This document shows, in pieces, positions 1-12,000 of a stretch of 64,000 nt of DNA. Origin of the DNA: Cyanophora paradoxa CCMP329 (taxonomy: Eukaryota > Plantae > Glaucophyta); NCBI GenBank assembly GCA_004431415.1, contig QPMI01000408.1, positions 744,001-808,000 of the forward strand, in the 5' to 3' direction. A program made the translations under genes and the position numbers. Position 1 is the first letter of the stretch, and each line of letters opens with the position of its first letter. Below the pieces are notes generated by a model. The model saw only the letters and a list, made by a program, of their open reading frames with translations. It was not told the origin of the DNA and did no database searches.

Positions 1-1409
1 GCGAGCGCGCGCGCACCGCGCTCGAGGGCGACGAGGCGCTCTGCCGCCCCGCGCTCCGCCGGGCGCGCTTCGCCGCCGCCGCCGCCGCCTGCCCGGCGCC
101 TGGCCGCCCCTTGCGCGCCGACTTCGGCGCTGTGCGAACGAAGGGTCGCCGGGGCCCCCGGAACGCACGGGAAGCTCTATGAGGCATCAGGGGGCGGACC
201 GTGGGTGCGCGTGTGGACGAGGACGCGGCCGTGCACCGGGGGCGCTCCCGGCGCCTCCACCCGCAACTCAAAGCGGCGCCCCTCGTGCCGGTGCTGCCGC
301 AGGCGTGAGGCGCCCGCCCCGCGCCCGCGCCCCGCGCCCCGCGCCCCGCGCCGCTACGGACCGAGGGGGCGAGGATGGCGAACGCCTCGTGGGAGAGGCC
401 GGCGCGGTCGAGGGTCAGGCGGCAGGCGCGGCAGCGCCTGCCCTCGCCGGCCCCCTCGAAGAAGAGAAGGGGCAGGTCCGCCGGGTCGCCCGTCCCCACC
501 ATGCTCGACCCGTACAGCACAGGCGCGCCGTCGCCTGAGCGCGCCCGCCTCGTCCGTCAGTCCGCGAAGGGGCGGGGCCCGGGGCCCGGGGTCCCGGGGC
601 GGGGGCGCGCCCTCGTAGCGTAGGGAGACAGTGATGGGACAGCCGGCCCACTGGCCGAGTGCCGCGCCGGAGGCGTCGCGCAGCTGCAGCTTCACGCGAC
701 GCGTCGTGATCGCCGTGTAGGCCGCGAAGTCCGCCCCCTCCGCGTCCGCCGCCATCGGCGAGTAGACCGCCGCCCTGCGCCGCCCGCCGCGCGCCGGCGC
801 CTCGCGATCGGCGCCCTAAGGAGCTCCAGCGACGCGCGCGCACGCACCGGCTCCGGCCGCGGTTCAAGAGGAGGAAGGTGGTGCCCCACGCGCCCGCCGC
901 GGCCGCGGGCTCTCTCTCCGCCTTCAGCTGCGCCCCGCCGTGCGCCCGCGCGTCCAGCGCCAACGCGCCGTCATCCTCCGAGCTCTCCACGGGACAGACG
1001 CGCCGGTCCCGGCGCCTCCCCATCTGCATCCGCGGCCGGTCGTTGCCGCTTGGGCGCCCTGGCGGTCGCTCTGTTCCGCGGCTCGGGGGCGGGCAGGCAG
1101 GGCGAGCGTGCATACCTTGATCTCGAGCCGGGAGTTTGCGTGCTGTGCGCCTACCAGGCTAGCCCGCCGATGGCTGCCCAAAGTTGCCAAGTTGCGTCTC
1201 GCGGCCTGCGGGCGGCCCGCGGGTCGAACCGGGCGACTCGGCAACCTCGCTCTGCAGTTAAACCTGCTGCTAGCTATAGGGTTCACCAAGCTTGAGCGCC
1301 GGCCGCGGCCGCACAGCTGCTGGGCACGCGTACGAGGCGATGGCCGAGATGCCCACTCAGCGCAGATCATATGCCGTACCCGTGCCGCTGGGTCCTCGGT
1401 CCTGCGCAT
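1..1409 (-). CDS. Multi-exon hypothetical protein, runs off the left edge; 5' end approximate
   Basis: Exons join in frame across short introns: 847-775 (GTGCGT..CAG) and 610-535 (GCGCGC..CTGAC..CAG) give ...SLRYEG/DGAPVLYGSSMVGTGDPADLPLLFFEG.... A further GTATGC donor lies near 1115. No recognisable domain. Confidence 0.55.
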
Positions 1410-1782
1410 GCGCTCCGGAATCCGGAATCCGGATCCGGATCCAAATCAATGGGCGTCGACCTTGATCGGAGGCACCCGCGCGCGCCGGCGCCGGGGGCCG
1501 GTCCGCCTGGCGGCGCCTGCAATTGCCCTAGGAGTCGCTAGGGACCTAGGGTAGAGGCTACTAGGCTAGACCTGCTAAGCTGCCTACTAGGCTAGCCGCT
1601 AGCTGGCCTAGATCTAGAGTCCATCCTTGTGCCGCTTGAGCCAGCTGCAGGCCATGCTATTGAAATTGCGAGGCCAGCACTACCGATCCGGTGGTGCTAG
1701 CAGCCACCGTGGCACGACGAACCACTCTCGCCCTCCCCCGCCGGCGCCTCGGCCGCCCGCAGCCGCGGCCGTTGCGCAGCGG

Positions 1783-4466
1783 CTACGAGGAGGCGGCACC
1801 TTCCTCCCCCGCCCCGGCGGCGCCCGGCTCCTCTACCAGCATGGGCTGCGGCGAAAGGGCGCGGCGGCCCCGGCGGTCAGGGTGAGGCCGGGGGGCTTTT
1901 TTTTGAAGCGGCTTTAAGGGGCGTCGGCCGGATTCGAGCCGGGGCCGGGGGCGCGCACGAAGAGGCGGTCGACGAGGTCGCCCATCGCCGGCGCCAGCGG
2001 GTGCGCCTCCCTGCGCCCGGATCGGATCGGATCAGATCGGATCAGATCAGATCGGATCAGATCGGATCGGATCTGAGCCGCACCGCTGGCGGAGGGCGGC
2101 GCCGAGGGCCCCGAGGGAGGTGCAGGGCGGCTCGTCCTCGGGCAGGAAGCCTGAGGGGGGGGGAAGGCAAGGTAAGTCAGCGACCGCCGCGAGCGGCGAG
2201 CGGGGAGCGGGGAGCGGGGAGCGGCCGCGAGTCCCGCCTCATAGAAGGAGCGCAGTGGTGGCGGTCGAGACGCTGGACCCCCGCCCCGCCCCCGCCGCCC
2301 GCCCCCGCCGCCCCTCTCTCGGGCCGGGGCGCAGCACTAGGCGAATCCAGAGAAGCGGGCGGTGCCGCAACAGCCCTCCCGGGCCACGCCGCCCGCCCGC
2401 CCGCCCGCCCCCGCCGCGTCTCCCTCGGGCCGGGGCGCACGCACCGAGGGGCCGGGCGGCCATCTCGAGGAGTCCGGCCATGACCGAGGCGAGCTCCGTG
2501 CGGCTCTCCCCGAACCCCGAGTTGGGCACCGCCCGCAGGCCCTCCATCGCTTCGTTCTGGGGCGCGTTAGGAGGGAGGGGTGGGGGGGGGGGGGGGGGTA
2601 GGGGGCGTGCCAGCTGCTTGAGGCACTGCTCGTCGTCGGTGGTACCCGCCGCGCGGCTCGCCAGCGCCGCCGTGATCTGCGTGTACCCGGGGTCGGACGG
2701 GGACGGGTGCGGAGGGGACACGATGGGGGGAGGGGGTACCACGACCGCGAGGCGCATGACCTCCTCCCCCTGCACGGCTCTGAGCTACGGGGCGGGGGGC
2801 GGGGGGGGGGGGGAGGGGGGGGAAACGAGGGGGTAATGCACCTCCTGATCGACGGAGGCGGCGGCGTTGGGCTCGCGGGGCGCCGCGGCGGGGTCCCGCA
2901 GGGGGTAGTCCTCCTGCAGGGGGGGGGGTACGGTTTAGCCGCTGGCCCCGCGCTGAGAGGGGGCGCCTGCGGGGCGCACGGGCTTGAACCCCAGGGCGGA
3001 GAGGTGCCCCGCCACAAGGTGCTCCAGGGTCACCGCGCGATTGTCGCCCATACCCCTGTGAAGTCGGGGGATGTGAGGGGCGAAGACACGCGGGGGGTAC
3101 CGGAAGGCCGCACGAGCAGTCGCGGAGCCACGAGGAGAGGAGCTTGGCGTACGCGTCGCGCTCCGCGGGGGGGTACGGGTCCAGCTTCGCCTGCCGCAGC
3201 TGCCGGCGGGCTCGGGAGGGGGAAGGAGCGGGCGGGGGGGTGCGGGGCCGCACGGTGCCAAGGGCCGTGACGCCACGGATGATGTCCTCCTCCCGCAGCG
3301 CCCCGTGCAGCATCCTGGGGGGGTACAGGGTCGGAAGGGCAGAGGGGGAAAAGAGAGGAGCGGGCTTGGCGTGCGTACCCCTCCGCAATGGACTCGATCA
3401 GAGCGCCGTCCTCCTCCGCCCACGCCCCGGGGCCCTCCTGGGAGCAGGGTCGGCGAGCCCGGGGGGTACGTGATTCGCGGTAGCGGGGGGGTACGCGTTC
3501 ACCTCGCGCGCGGGCTCGGCGCCGGCCTCCACGGCCGCAGAGAAGGCCTCAACGGCGTCCGCGAAGCGCGACGCGGACGGCTCCTCCTTCGCCCTGCGCG
3601 CCGCGGATCGAATCTCGGATCGAATCTCGGATCAAATCTTGCGGAATCGGACCCGCCGCGAAGCGTAGCGAGGAGGGAATCGAGGGGATCGGTCTCCTTC
3701 GGCTCGGGAACGTTCAGATTCAGCGAGCCCTGCGGCCGCGGTCGGCGTCCGCCCAGCCGGCGGGCGCGCGTGCGTGGGCGGGCGCACGCTCGCGGCGACG
3801 GTCCGCATGAAGTCCGTGCGGGACTCCGGGTGCAGAAGCCGCAGGATACCACCGTGCGCCTACATGCGGGCCGCTCAGCGGAGGAGAAGCGGCGGCACGG
3901 AGCGGGCCGCGCACGCTGCCGAGGCGCTGCGCGACCGCGAGGTGGACCCCGTTCTCGAGCATGAGCTCGCTCCGCGACGCGGAGAGCAGGGAAGAAGTGA
4001 CAGAGATCATCCGCGCGGTCTGCCAGCCTCAGCGTTATGGACATCCCGGGCCCGCGCACGGAGCGGGCGGCGCGGCCCGCGAACCATCAGGCGGCTCATG
4101 AGCTCCGCCGCGATGGCCTGGGGATCGGCCTGCGGAGCGGCCCCGGCGCCAGCACCGTTCGCGCCATCGTTGAGGACGAAGAAGCCGCGCTGGGCGGGGG
4201 CGAGGCTGGCGGAGAGTCATGAAAGCACGATCATATCGCCGCGGGGAGGCGTACGCGCTAGCTTTAGGCTTCGCAGCGATGTCCGAGGCGACTCCAAAGA
4301 AGCGATGCCGGCCCGCGACCTCGAACCTGCTTGAAATCGCCGGTGCCGACCGAACTTGCCGCTGGGCGCGGGACGCTGCAGGAGCCTGCAGCGAGGCGAA
4401 TGCCTGGCACGATCCGACACGAACGGAGGCGGCGGGGACACCGGGGGAGCAGATCGCGAAGGCCAT
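1783..4466 (-). CDS. Multi-exon protein of unknown function with a putative plastid transit peptide
   Basis: ATG at 4466 starts MAFAICSPGVPAASVRVGSCQAFASLQAPAASRAQRQ...RFFG, which is Ala/Ser/Arg-rich and acid-poor. Successive exons join in frame across 50-100-nt introns (QRGFFVLNDG..., TARMISVTSSLL..., AHGGILRLLHPE...). The last exon reads PMLVEEPG...SS* with TAG at 1785-1783. Internal exon boundaries were not all verified. Confidence 0.65.
2020..2073. repeat. (ATCGG/ATCAG)n pentanucleotide microsatellite in an intron
   Basis: gatcggatcggatcagatcggatcagatcag... read directly from the sequence. Confidence 0.9.
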
Positions 4467-5211
4467 TCCACTACCTTTCGAATTCAGCGGTACCCCCCAG
4501 CAAGCGGCTCGCGTGCCCACACAGCCCGCGCGCGCTCGAGCGCGAGTAATGGAGCGCAAGAGGAGAGCGAGCGGCGACGCGGGCGAATCCAGCAGCGGAA
4601 GCGCGCGTTCGCGGCCTGCCTCCGATCCGATCGAGCTCGATCGCGAGGTTCGACCAGCTGCAGGCGCTCGCGCGCGCCGCGGGCATCTCTAGATATCGAT
4701 ATGTTCGCTACTCTACTCGAGCTCTCGCATCGAACGCCTTTTGCAGGAGGGCGCGCGTCCAGGGACGTCGACGTCGCACGCGTACGCATGCGCAGGAGCG
4801 GCTCCTGCCGCCGCGGCGCCGGCCTCCGAGAGCCCTGCTCCGCACACACGGGTTCGTGCAATTGAAAGCCCTGTAGATTTCTCGCGCGCGAACGCTCTTT
4901 TAATTTCAATTGCATCGATCGCGTAATGCGCACGCAGGACCGCGCGCTTCGAATTTCTTCTTTTGATATCGATCATGATCATGATCATGATCATGAGGCG
5001 TTCGCGGCTGATTATGTTCTTGATCATCTGGCGGCTTCAGATCCCGCGGCCTCGCGATCGGCCACCGAGGCTCCGCGACCAGATCTAGAGCTCGAGGTTC
5101 GCGTATACGTATGCAAGGCTTTATAACTAATTTCATGCCAACACGAATTGCAACTGCAAGCTAAGCCTCTTCTCAATTTCGCGCGCGCAGAACGATCGCG
5201 AAACGATAGCG

Positions 5212-7590
5212 ATGACGTCGACAAATCAGCCGCAGGAAGAGCGGGGCGCAGCCGCCCCATCGGCAACTCTCGTTAGGCACCCTGCTAGTGCTGCAGCGGC
5301 AGCTGCACCCACGGAACCAGATCTAGAGGAGAACGCGCTCGAGCTCCTCGGCCTCCCGGACGCCCTTCTCATCCGCATGTTTCGCCTTGCGTGTGCGTGC
5401 GGCCCCGAAGACTGCGAGCCCGTGTGCCATCAGCCCCTGGAGGCGAAGCTTCTGGCATTTCGCTTTGCAGCAGCAGCGCAGTCGAGCTCGAGCGTGGTCG
5501 ATATCGATATCGCGGAGCCAGAGCGCAAGCGGTGGCTCGACCTGCGTCAGCTGTGCCGCTTGCAGGGTGTTTGCCAGCGGTTCAAAAGCGTCTTGGAGAA
5601 TGCGGGCTCCGACCTGGCCCGGGCGCGGCTCGTGCTGGAGGGCAGGACGCTCAAAAACTCGGCAGATGCCGAGGCCTTGCTGGAAAGTGCATGCAAGGGC
5701 GCATCTCGCGTGGCCAATGGCATAGAGGAGCTCGACGTCCAACTCGGCAGATGGGTTCGAATTTTAATTCAACTTACATGTTCAACAATTCGAATTCATA
5801 TTTATTCTATATATATCGGCGAGTTTTGTGCCTGATTATTGCTTGAATTTCTGACTTTCGGCGCGTGTCTGCAGATGTACAGCTCGTCGCTGACTCCGCT
5901 CACTCGCTTCCACTCCATCCGCTCTCTCCGCCTGCAAGGAGAATATTTTGGCTACGCAACTTCTGATGGCAGTTCCGATGGCGTGCTCGGGCGGAGGCAC
6001 CTGTCGCCGTTCAAGGCTGCAGACTTCCCCCACCTGACCCGTCTCGACCTGAGCTCTTCAAGCATGTACAGCAATACGATGGCGGCCGTCAGCCAAGCAG
6101 CCATCGAGGACCCCCTAGGCCTGCCGTCGCTACCCCTCACAGAACTTCGTGCAAAGCTCAGCTGGGGCGCCCCTTTCAGCTGGAATGCGATTACAACGGA
6201 GAACCCACTGAGAGCGATCGCGAAATCGTTTCCCGGCCCAAGGCTTCAGCGACTGCTGCTCGGGTTTGAATTTCAGAGCACAGGCACACTCCCCGAGAAC
6301 GCCCTCGGGCCCCTCGCCAGCCTCTCATCTCTGCGGTGTACGCCGAACTCTTTGCATGCGATCGATAACACACATTGATGATCGTAATATATAATTTTAT
6401 ATGTAAATAATTGATCTTGCGCATAATTTAATTAATTAATTATAAGATTTCATTTTCTTGGCCCATGGATCAAATCTATATCGATGTGTCGCATGCGCAG
6501 CTCTCGGCCTCCTATTCGACGTCGGCGTCAGCCTACCTACACGAGGCCTTCGACCCCTCGCCGCGCTCCCTCGCCTGGAGCATCTCGCGATCGCGCTGCA
6601 TTCTGAGCACGCAGTTGATTTGAGCCCCATCTCCGCCCTTTCGTGCCTTCAATGTGCCCGGTTACTTCTAATTATATAACTAAACATAGTAATTTGATTC
6701 GGCGCGTGCACAGCTGCTTATAGCTCTATATACTTAAATCTCACATTCTTGATCGATTCGAATTCGCAGCGCTCAGCATCGACCCTATTCGGGGCAGTCA
6801 CGACATGGCTTTCCTCGAGTCCCTCACGCGGCTTGAGGCTCTGAAGATACGCTACGAAGGAGACCTAGACAAGGACGGCTTCGATCCCTCTCAGCTTTCC
6901 TGCCTCGCGCCGCGGCTGCGCTGCCTCTCCCTCTCGAACGAACGTGCCTGGGGCAGTGCGGCGGCTTTCGACGCCCTCGGCGACACGCTTTCGACCTTCT
7001 GTGTGATGCAGGTCAGCGCTAGCTGCGTATGCCATATGTAATTTAGATTTAGAAATCTACTTCTGCCAGATTTGCACCGCTCTGGAGCTAGGGATCTGCC
7101 AGATTCGCGCCAGTTTTGCGCCGCTTTCGCATCTAATTATAAATTCTACAATATGCATATGTACGCATACATTTTCACTGAGGATATATATCGATATCGA
7201 TCGCAGGATTTCGCCCTTCGCGCATCGCTGGGCTGCGCCAGCGCCCTCGCGGGACGGTCGCTGGAGGCCTGGAGCAGCGTCGAGAGCTTCGAGCTCCGCA
7301 TTGTGATGCGGAGCAGCGACTGGCCGTCTGTCGCTCCCCTTTTCTCGGTGCGCATGCACTTGCACATGCGTTTTAAAAAGCATGAGCCGACGTCGTTAAT
7401 ATATATATTTTAATATTAATTCGCGCCGCAGCACATCGCGTCCGACATGGCAAACTTGCAAGAGCTCAGTCTCGCCATCCCGATCGCGAGCTGCGCCGGC
7501 GCGAATGTAAATCTGGCAGAGGACGCTGTCGCCGCCCTTCGAATTCGCAGCCGCCCTCTCCGCCGCCTTCGAGTCGTCCGCTTCAGCTGA
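5212..7590 (+). CDS. F-box-like / leucine-rich-repeat protein, multi-exon
   Basis: F-box-like segment LLGLPDALLIRMF...LCRLQGVCQRFKSVL. LRR-like segments FHSIRSLRLQG, FPHLTRLDLSSS, LAALPRLEHLAIAL and LESLTRLEALKIRY. Phase-0 intron 5755-5874 (GTTCGA..CAG) and further AT-rich introns. TGA at 7588-7590. Confidence 0.7.
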
Positions 7591-9075
7591 AAAGATGTAA
7601 TACTAGTGGCCCGGCCGCGATTTTTGCGCCGGGGATGCAAGGGGGGAACCGGGATCTAATGAAAGAGTCCTAGTGGCACGCACATGCGCAGAGTCCTCGA
7701 GCTCCCCTTCGCGCGCGACCCCTCGGCTCGGTCACGCGTGCTCGGCTGCGGGCAGCGGCACAGCTAGGCAGCGGCGCAAGCGGTTTTGCAGTGCAAGCTC
7801 AAGCGCGAGTGCCGGGCAGCATGCTCGGCTGCGGGCAGCGGCGCGTGCTCGGTAGGCGGTGCTGCGGTGCAAGCTTGATGCAGTGAAAGTAGTCCAGGCG
7901 GCACGGGTACCGTGCGGCCGCGGCGTACGCGGAGCAGTGCGAGGAAGCGGAAATCTAGAGGAGCCAGCTAGGGAGATGTGGTTCCATGCAGAACCGCGCA
8001 AGGAAGAGCCCGGAGTGAGAGAGAAGCAATTGGTTGCAATATATTAATCATTGAATTGGATCCCGGGGGCGGGCGCCGGCGTTGTGGCTCCACGTGCACG
8101 GGCGCAGCAAGCACTGCGCAATATTAATTGTGCCGTGGCCATGGGGCCGGGCGATCGCGGGGCGGCGGTCATGATCACTGGCCACGGCGGAGCAAGGCGT
8201 ACAAGCTTAAGTGGCGGGTCCGGTCCGTTGAACAGGATCCATGGCCAGGTCTGCGGTACTGCCAGACACGGCCGCCCGGGCCTGGACACAGCTGCAGTAT
8301 GACTTGAGCGAGGCAGGCTAGGGCAGGGCGACCTATACGCGTCAGCCCCCCTCGTGATCACTCCCGCCGGGGCCGGGCCCTCTCACCCGCCTTCACCCCG
8401 GCCGCGGCCCTTCAGCCCTTCATCCCTTTCCCCCTAGGCCTCCCCCCATCCCCCACCCCCACCCACGTCCGCCTCCCACCCCGGTCGCCGGCAGCACCTG
8501 CATGTATACGTACGAATACATCGCGCCCACATGACTCAGTGAGCACTCTGCGGCAGGGTCCACCTTATAATTACGGGGACATGTACAAGAACTCCGGATC
8601 CGGTCGACGTCCTCCTTAGGGCGCCAGCTCCAGCTGCAGACCCGCCAGCCAGAGCTCGAGGCCCACCACGCCAGCCTTTAATTTGCGTTTAGGAATTCGA
8701 ATTCCGAAGTTAATTCGTCAAGAGACCGGTTAGGGGCCCACCGTGGCACCGTACCAGGCCGGCGCCGGCCTTCGTACACACACTTAATATGCAATTGCGA
8801 CACAATCCTACAGCTAAGCGCATGCGCAGCGATATCGACAGGCCGGGCCCAGCTGTACGTGCACATGCACAGCTTGGCCCGGCGGCGACCTGGCCTACTG
8901 GGCCTATGTATATACATTTCTACGGCAGGCAATACTTTTGCGAGGGGTCGCATATGCATAATACAAAATTAGCTATAGCTAGGAGCCCCAGTTTGGAGGG
9001 CTCAAGCCATGCGGTACGACTCGACCTGGTCGGGGCGGGCCGTCGGGGGCAGGTCCTCGGCCCGCGGCGGCACGC

Positions 9076-12000
9076 TCAGCTTGAAGGAGCGGCCGTGCGG
9101 CGAGCGGCCGCGGCCGGCGCCGTCGGCGTCGGCGTCGGCGTCGACGGCCTCCGCGCTGCCGGGGGCGCGAGGGACATGACGGCGTTGGGCTGGCGTCCAC
9201 GAAGGCGGTCGGGCCAGGCCGAGGAAGCTGGCCGAGCGCGGCGGGGCCCGTGGCCGTGGCCGCCCTCCGAGCCGGTCGGCGAAGCGCCGCCCGCGGTGGC
9301 CGTACCCACGACGCTCGCCCGGCGCCCCTCCTCGCGCCAGCTGCGGCTGCGGATGCCGGCGGCGTGCGCGACAGCGTGGCGCGGCAGCTCGATCGTGGGG
9401 CAGACGTTGCCGATGTCGCCGATGTCGATGGCGCTGCTCGGACGGCGGCTGTTCATGTTGCTGCTCGTGCTTGCCGGCGTCTCCGGACCGGTCTCCTCGC
9501 GATCGCCCGCAACGTTGAAGTGGAGCGAGGGAACGCCAATGGACTTGAAGTCGAACGAGCCGCGCTGCGAGCCCGGCGGCGTGGGATTGCCGACGGGCTC
9601 GCCCGCGTACGCCGCCTTCAAGATGACCTCCTGGTGCGCCTTGCGGAAGCGACGGTAGACGACTGCGACGATGGCAACGGCTGCGACAGCGACGGCGCCG
9701 GCGACGGCGGCGACGATGACGCCGACGGAGGCGCCGGAGGAGGCGGCGCCGGAGGAAGCGCTGGAGCCGGCGGTGCCCGCGGGCGCCTGGCCGAGCATCG
9801 AGGGCGGGCCGGCGGCGAAGTCGTTGACGGCGAAGACGCCGAAGCCGTTGATGGCGAGGGCGCGCGCCGAGAGGATCGTCAGGCCGCGCGTGCGGAGCTC
9901 CTTGTTGGGGCCCGCGGCGAAGATGTCGACGCCGGCGGCGGCCGCGAGGCGGCGGCGGACAGCGGACGAGTCGCCGAGGACGGCGACGGTTAGCTCGAGG
10001 ACGCCCTTGCCGGCGCTCTCCAGCGCCGCCTCGCAGGAGCTCGGGATGAAGTAGTCGGCGGGCGCCTCGACCTCGCCGGTCTCCGACGTCTCCACGACGG
10101 GCGCGACAGCAGCGGCGCAGCCGTCCTGCTCGTCCTGGAGCAGCGTGCGCCGCTTGGCGGCGATGTTGACCTTGGCCCTTGGTGCTCATGACGTAGGTGT
10201 GGACGGGCGCAACCGCGAGGGCCTGCGAGGAACAAGACGTTTGAGCGAGGAAGAAGAACATCGTGCCGTTAGCCGAAACGCACGTAGACACGGCCGGCGG
10301 CGAGGCCGGTGATGGTTAGCGAGATCGACGTGGACGAGCCGGCCGGGTTCGTCACCTACTTAACCGTAAGCGAAAAGGCGAAATTTGCAGCCGCAGGACG
10401 CCGGTACGCACGAAGACGCTCTGGAGGACCTGCGCGGCGTCGCCGATGACCTGGTAGAAGACCTGGTACACGACGCCGCCCTTGTTCGAGGTCGAGCCCG
10501 TCACGGTCGGCTTCGCGTTCCACGTGATCGAGATGCGGTCGGTCGCGACCTTTGTGCTGGTGAGCGCGACCGGCCCGGCAGTCCAGAAGGTCGAGTTGGT
10601 CGGCGGGGAAACAGAGCCGTAGTCGGCGTAGAGGCCGTTCGTCACGATGCCTGTTGTACCGGTCAAACTAGAAACCGGAGAAGCTTAAGCTTCAATTGAA
10701 TATATAATTGTTTACCGAAGCGGTAGTTGCAGTCGACGCCGAGGTCCGACAGGACGGCCCACGTGCTCGAGGTGGTGGCGGACGTCGACGGGCACGCCGA
10801 CGAGGCGCCGATCGCGTGCAGCGTGTAGCCGATCACGTCGCCGGCGACCGGCACCCAGCTCACGTTGACGGCGTTCACGCGCGTCAGCGCGAACTTGATC
10901 GACGACAGCGGCACCGCTGCAAGGAATGCGTTCGTCAGCGCGGAGATTGGAGTTTCGCTACACTGACAACGCGGGATCCCGGACGCACGAATGACGGTGT
11001 AGACCGGCGGAGGGGCGAACCGCATGACGGTGTACTTGTCGATCGGGGAGACGAGGCCCTCGCTGTTGCGGCCCTGGATGGCGGCAGCGTACTCGACGTT
11101 GTACTTGAGCTCGGAGCAGGACCACGTGGACGACGTCTGCGACACTACGGAGGAGCGAGTGCAGACGGAGGCCTTCTTGCCGGAGCCAAAGAACTTGGTC
11201 TCCCAGATGCTGAGCTCGACGGAAGACTCGTCGATGGTGGCGTTGAAGCCGCCGGCGAACCACGACTGCAGGGTCGTGTTCATCTGCACGGTCATCGACT
11301 GCGTGGAGGGGTTGTACGACGAGTAGAGCGGCTTGGCTCCGAAGGGCGACGGCGAGCGGCCGGGGCCGGTTAGCGGCGTGCGGAAGGGCACCCACTTCGA
11401 CTGCGCGAAGCCACCGGCCTCGTTGTGGACGATGGCGGACACCGCGTACGTGTAACCTGCAATGCGCGGCGGTTGTTCGATTAGCATATGCAAAAAATAC
11501 CCGCGGACTGGCCATGGGGTGCGGCATGCGCACCGGGTGTGAAGTAGTCCCAGCACTCGTTTCCGAAGCCGCTGTCAGAGGTCGCGGTGTCGGAGGGCAG
11601 GCCGAACTTGAGCTGCCCCGGGGCGCGCTTCCGGCAGATCTTCATGCCCTCGGTGCCTGGGCTCAGGTTCTGGCGACGTGTTAGATGGCGAAAGCAGAGA
11701 CTAAACGCGCAGCGAACCTTGATGACGAAGCGGTAGCTCTGGAGAGGCGATCCACCGTCGCACTCGGGGACGGTGCCGAGGAAGTTAGTCCGGGCGATCG
11801 GCAGGTGCTTGATCTGGAACGGGGTATGAGCGCGCAATCACGACAAGAACAACCCATAATTTATAATGTGGTCTCGCCTTCTTGATGCTGATGGGGCACG
11901 GGTTGCGGTTCTTCGTAACCCAGCACGCAAGATCGCCGGTGACGTCACCGGTGTCATCCCCGTCCTTCGCGTCGACGGTGATCTTCGCGCCGTAGCAGCG

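Noticed and set aside
7670-7960. Possible MITE (GCTCGGCTGCGGGCAGCGGC twice)
   Set aside because: No terminal inverted repeats or TSD could be identified.
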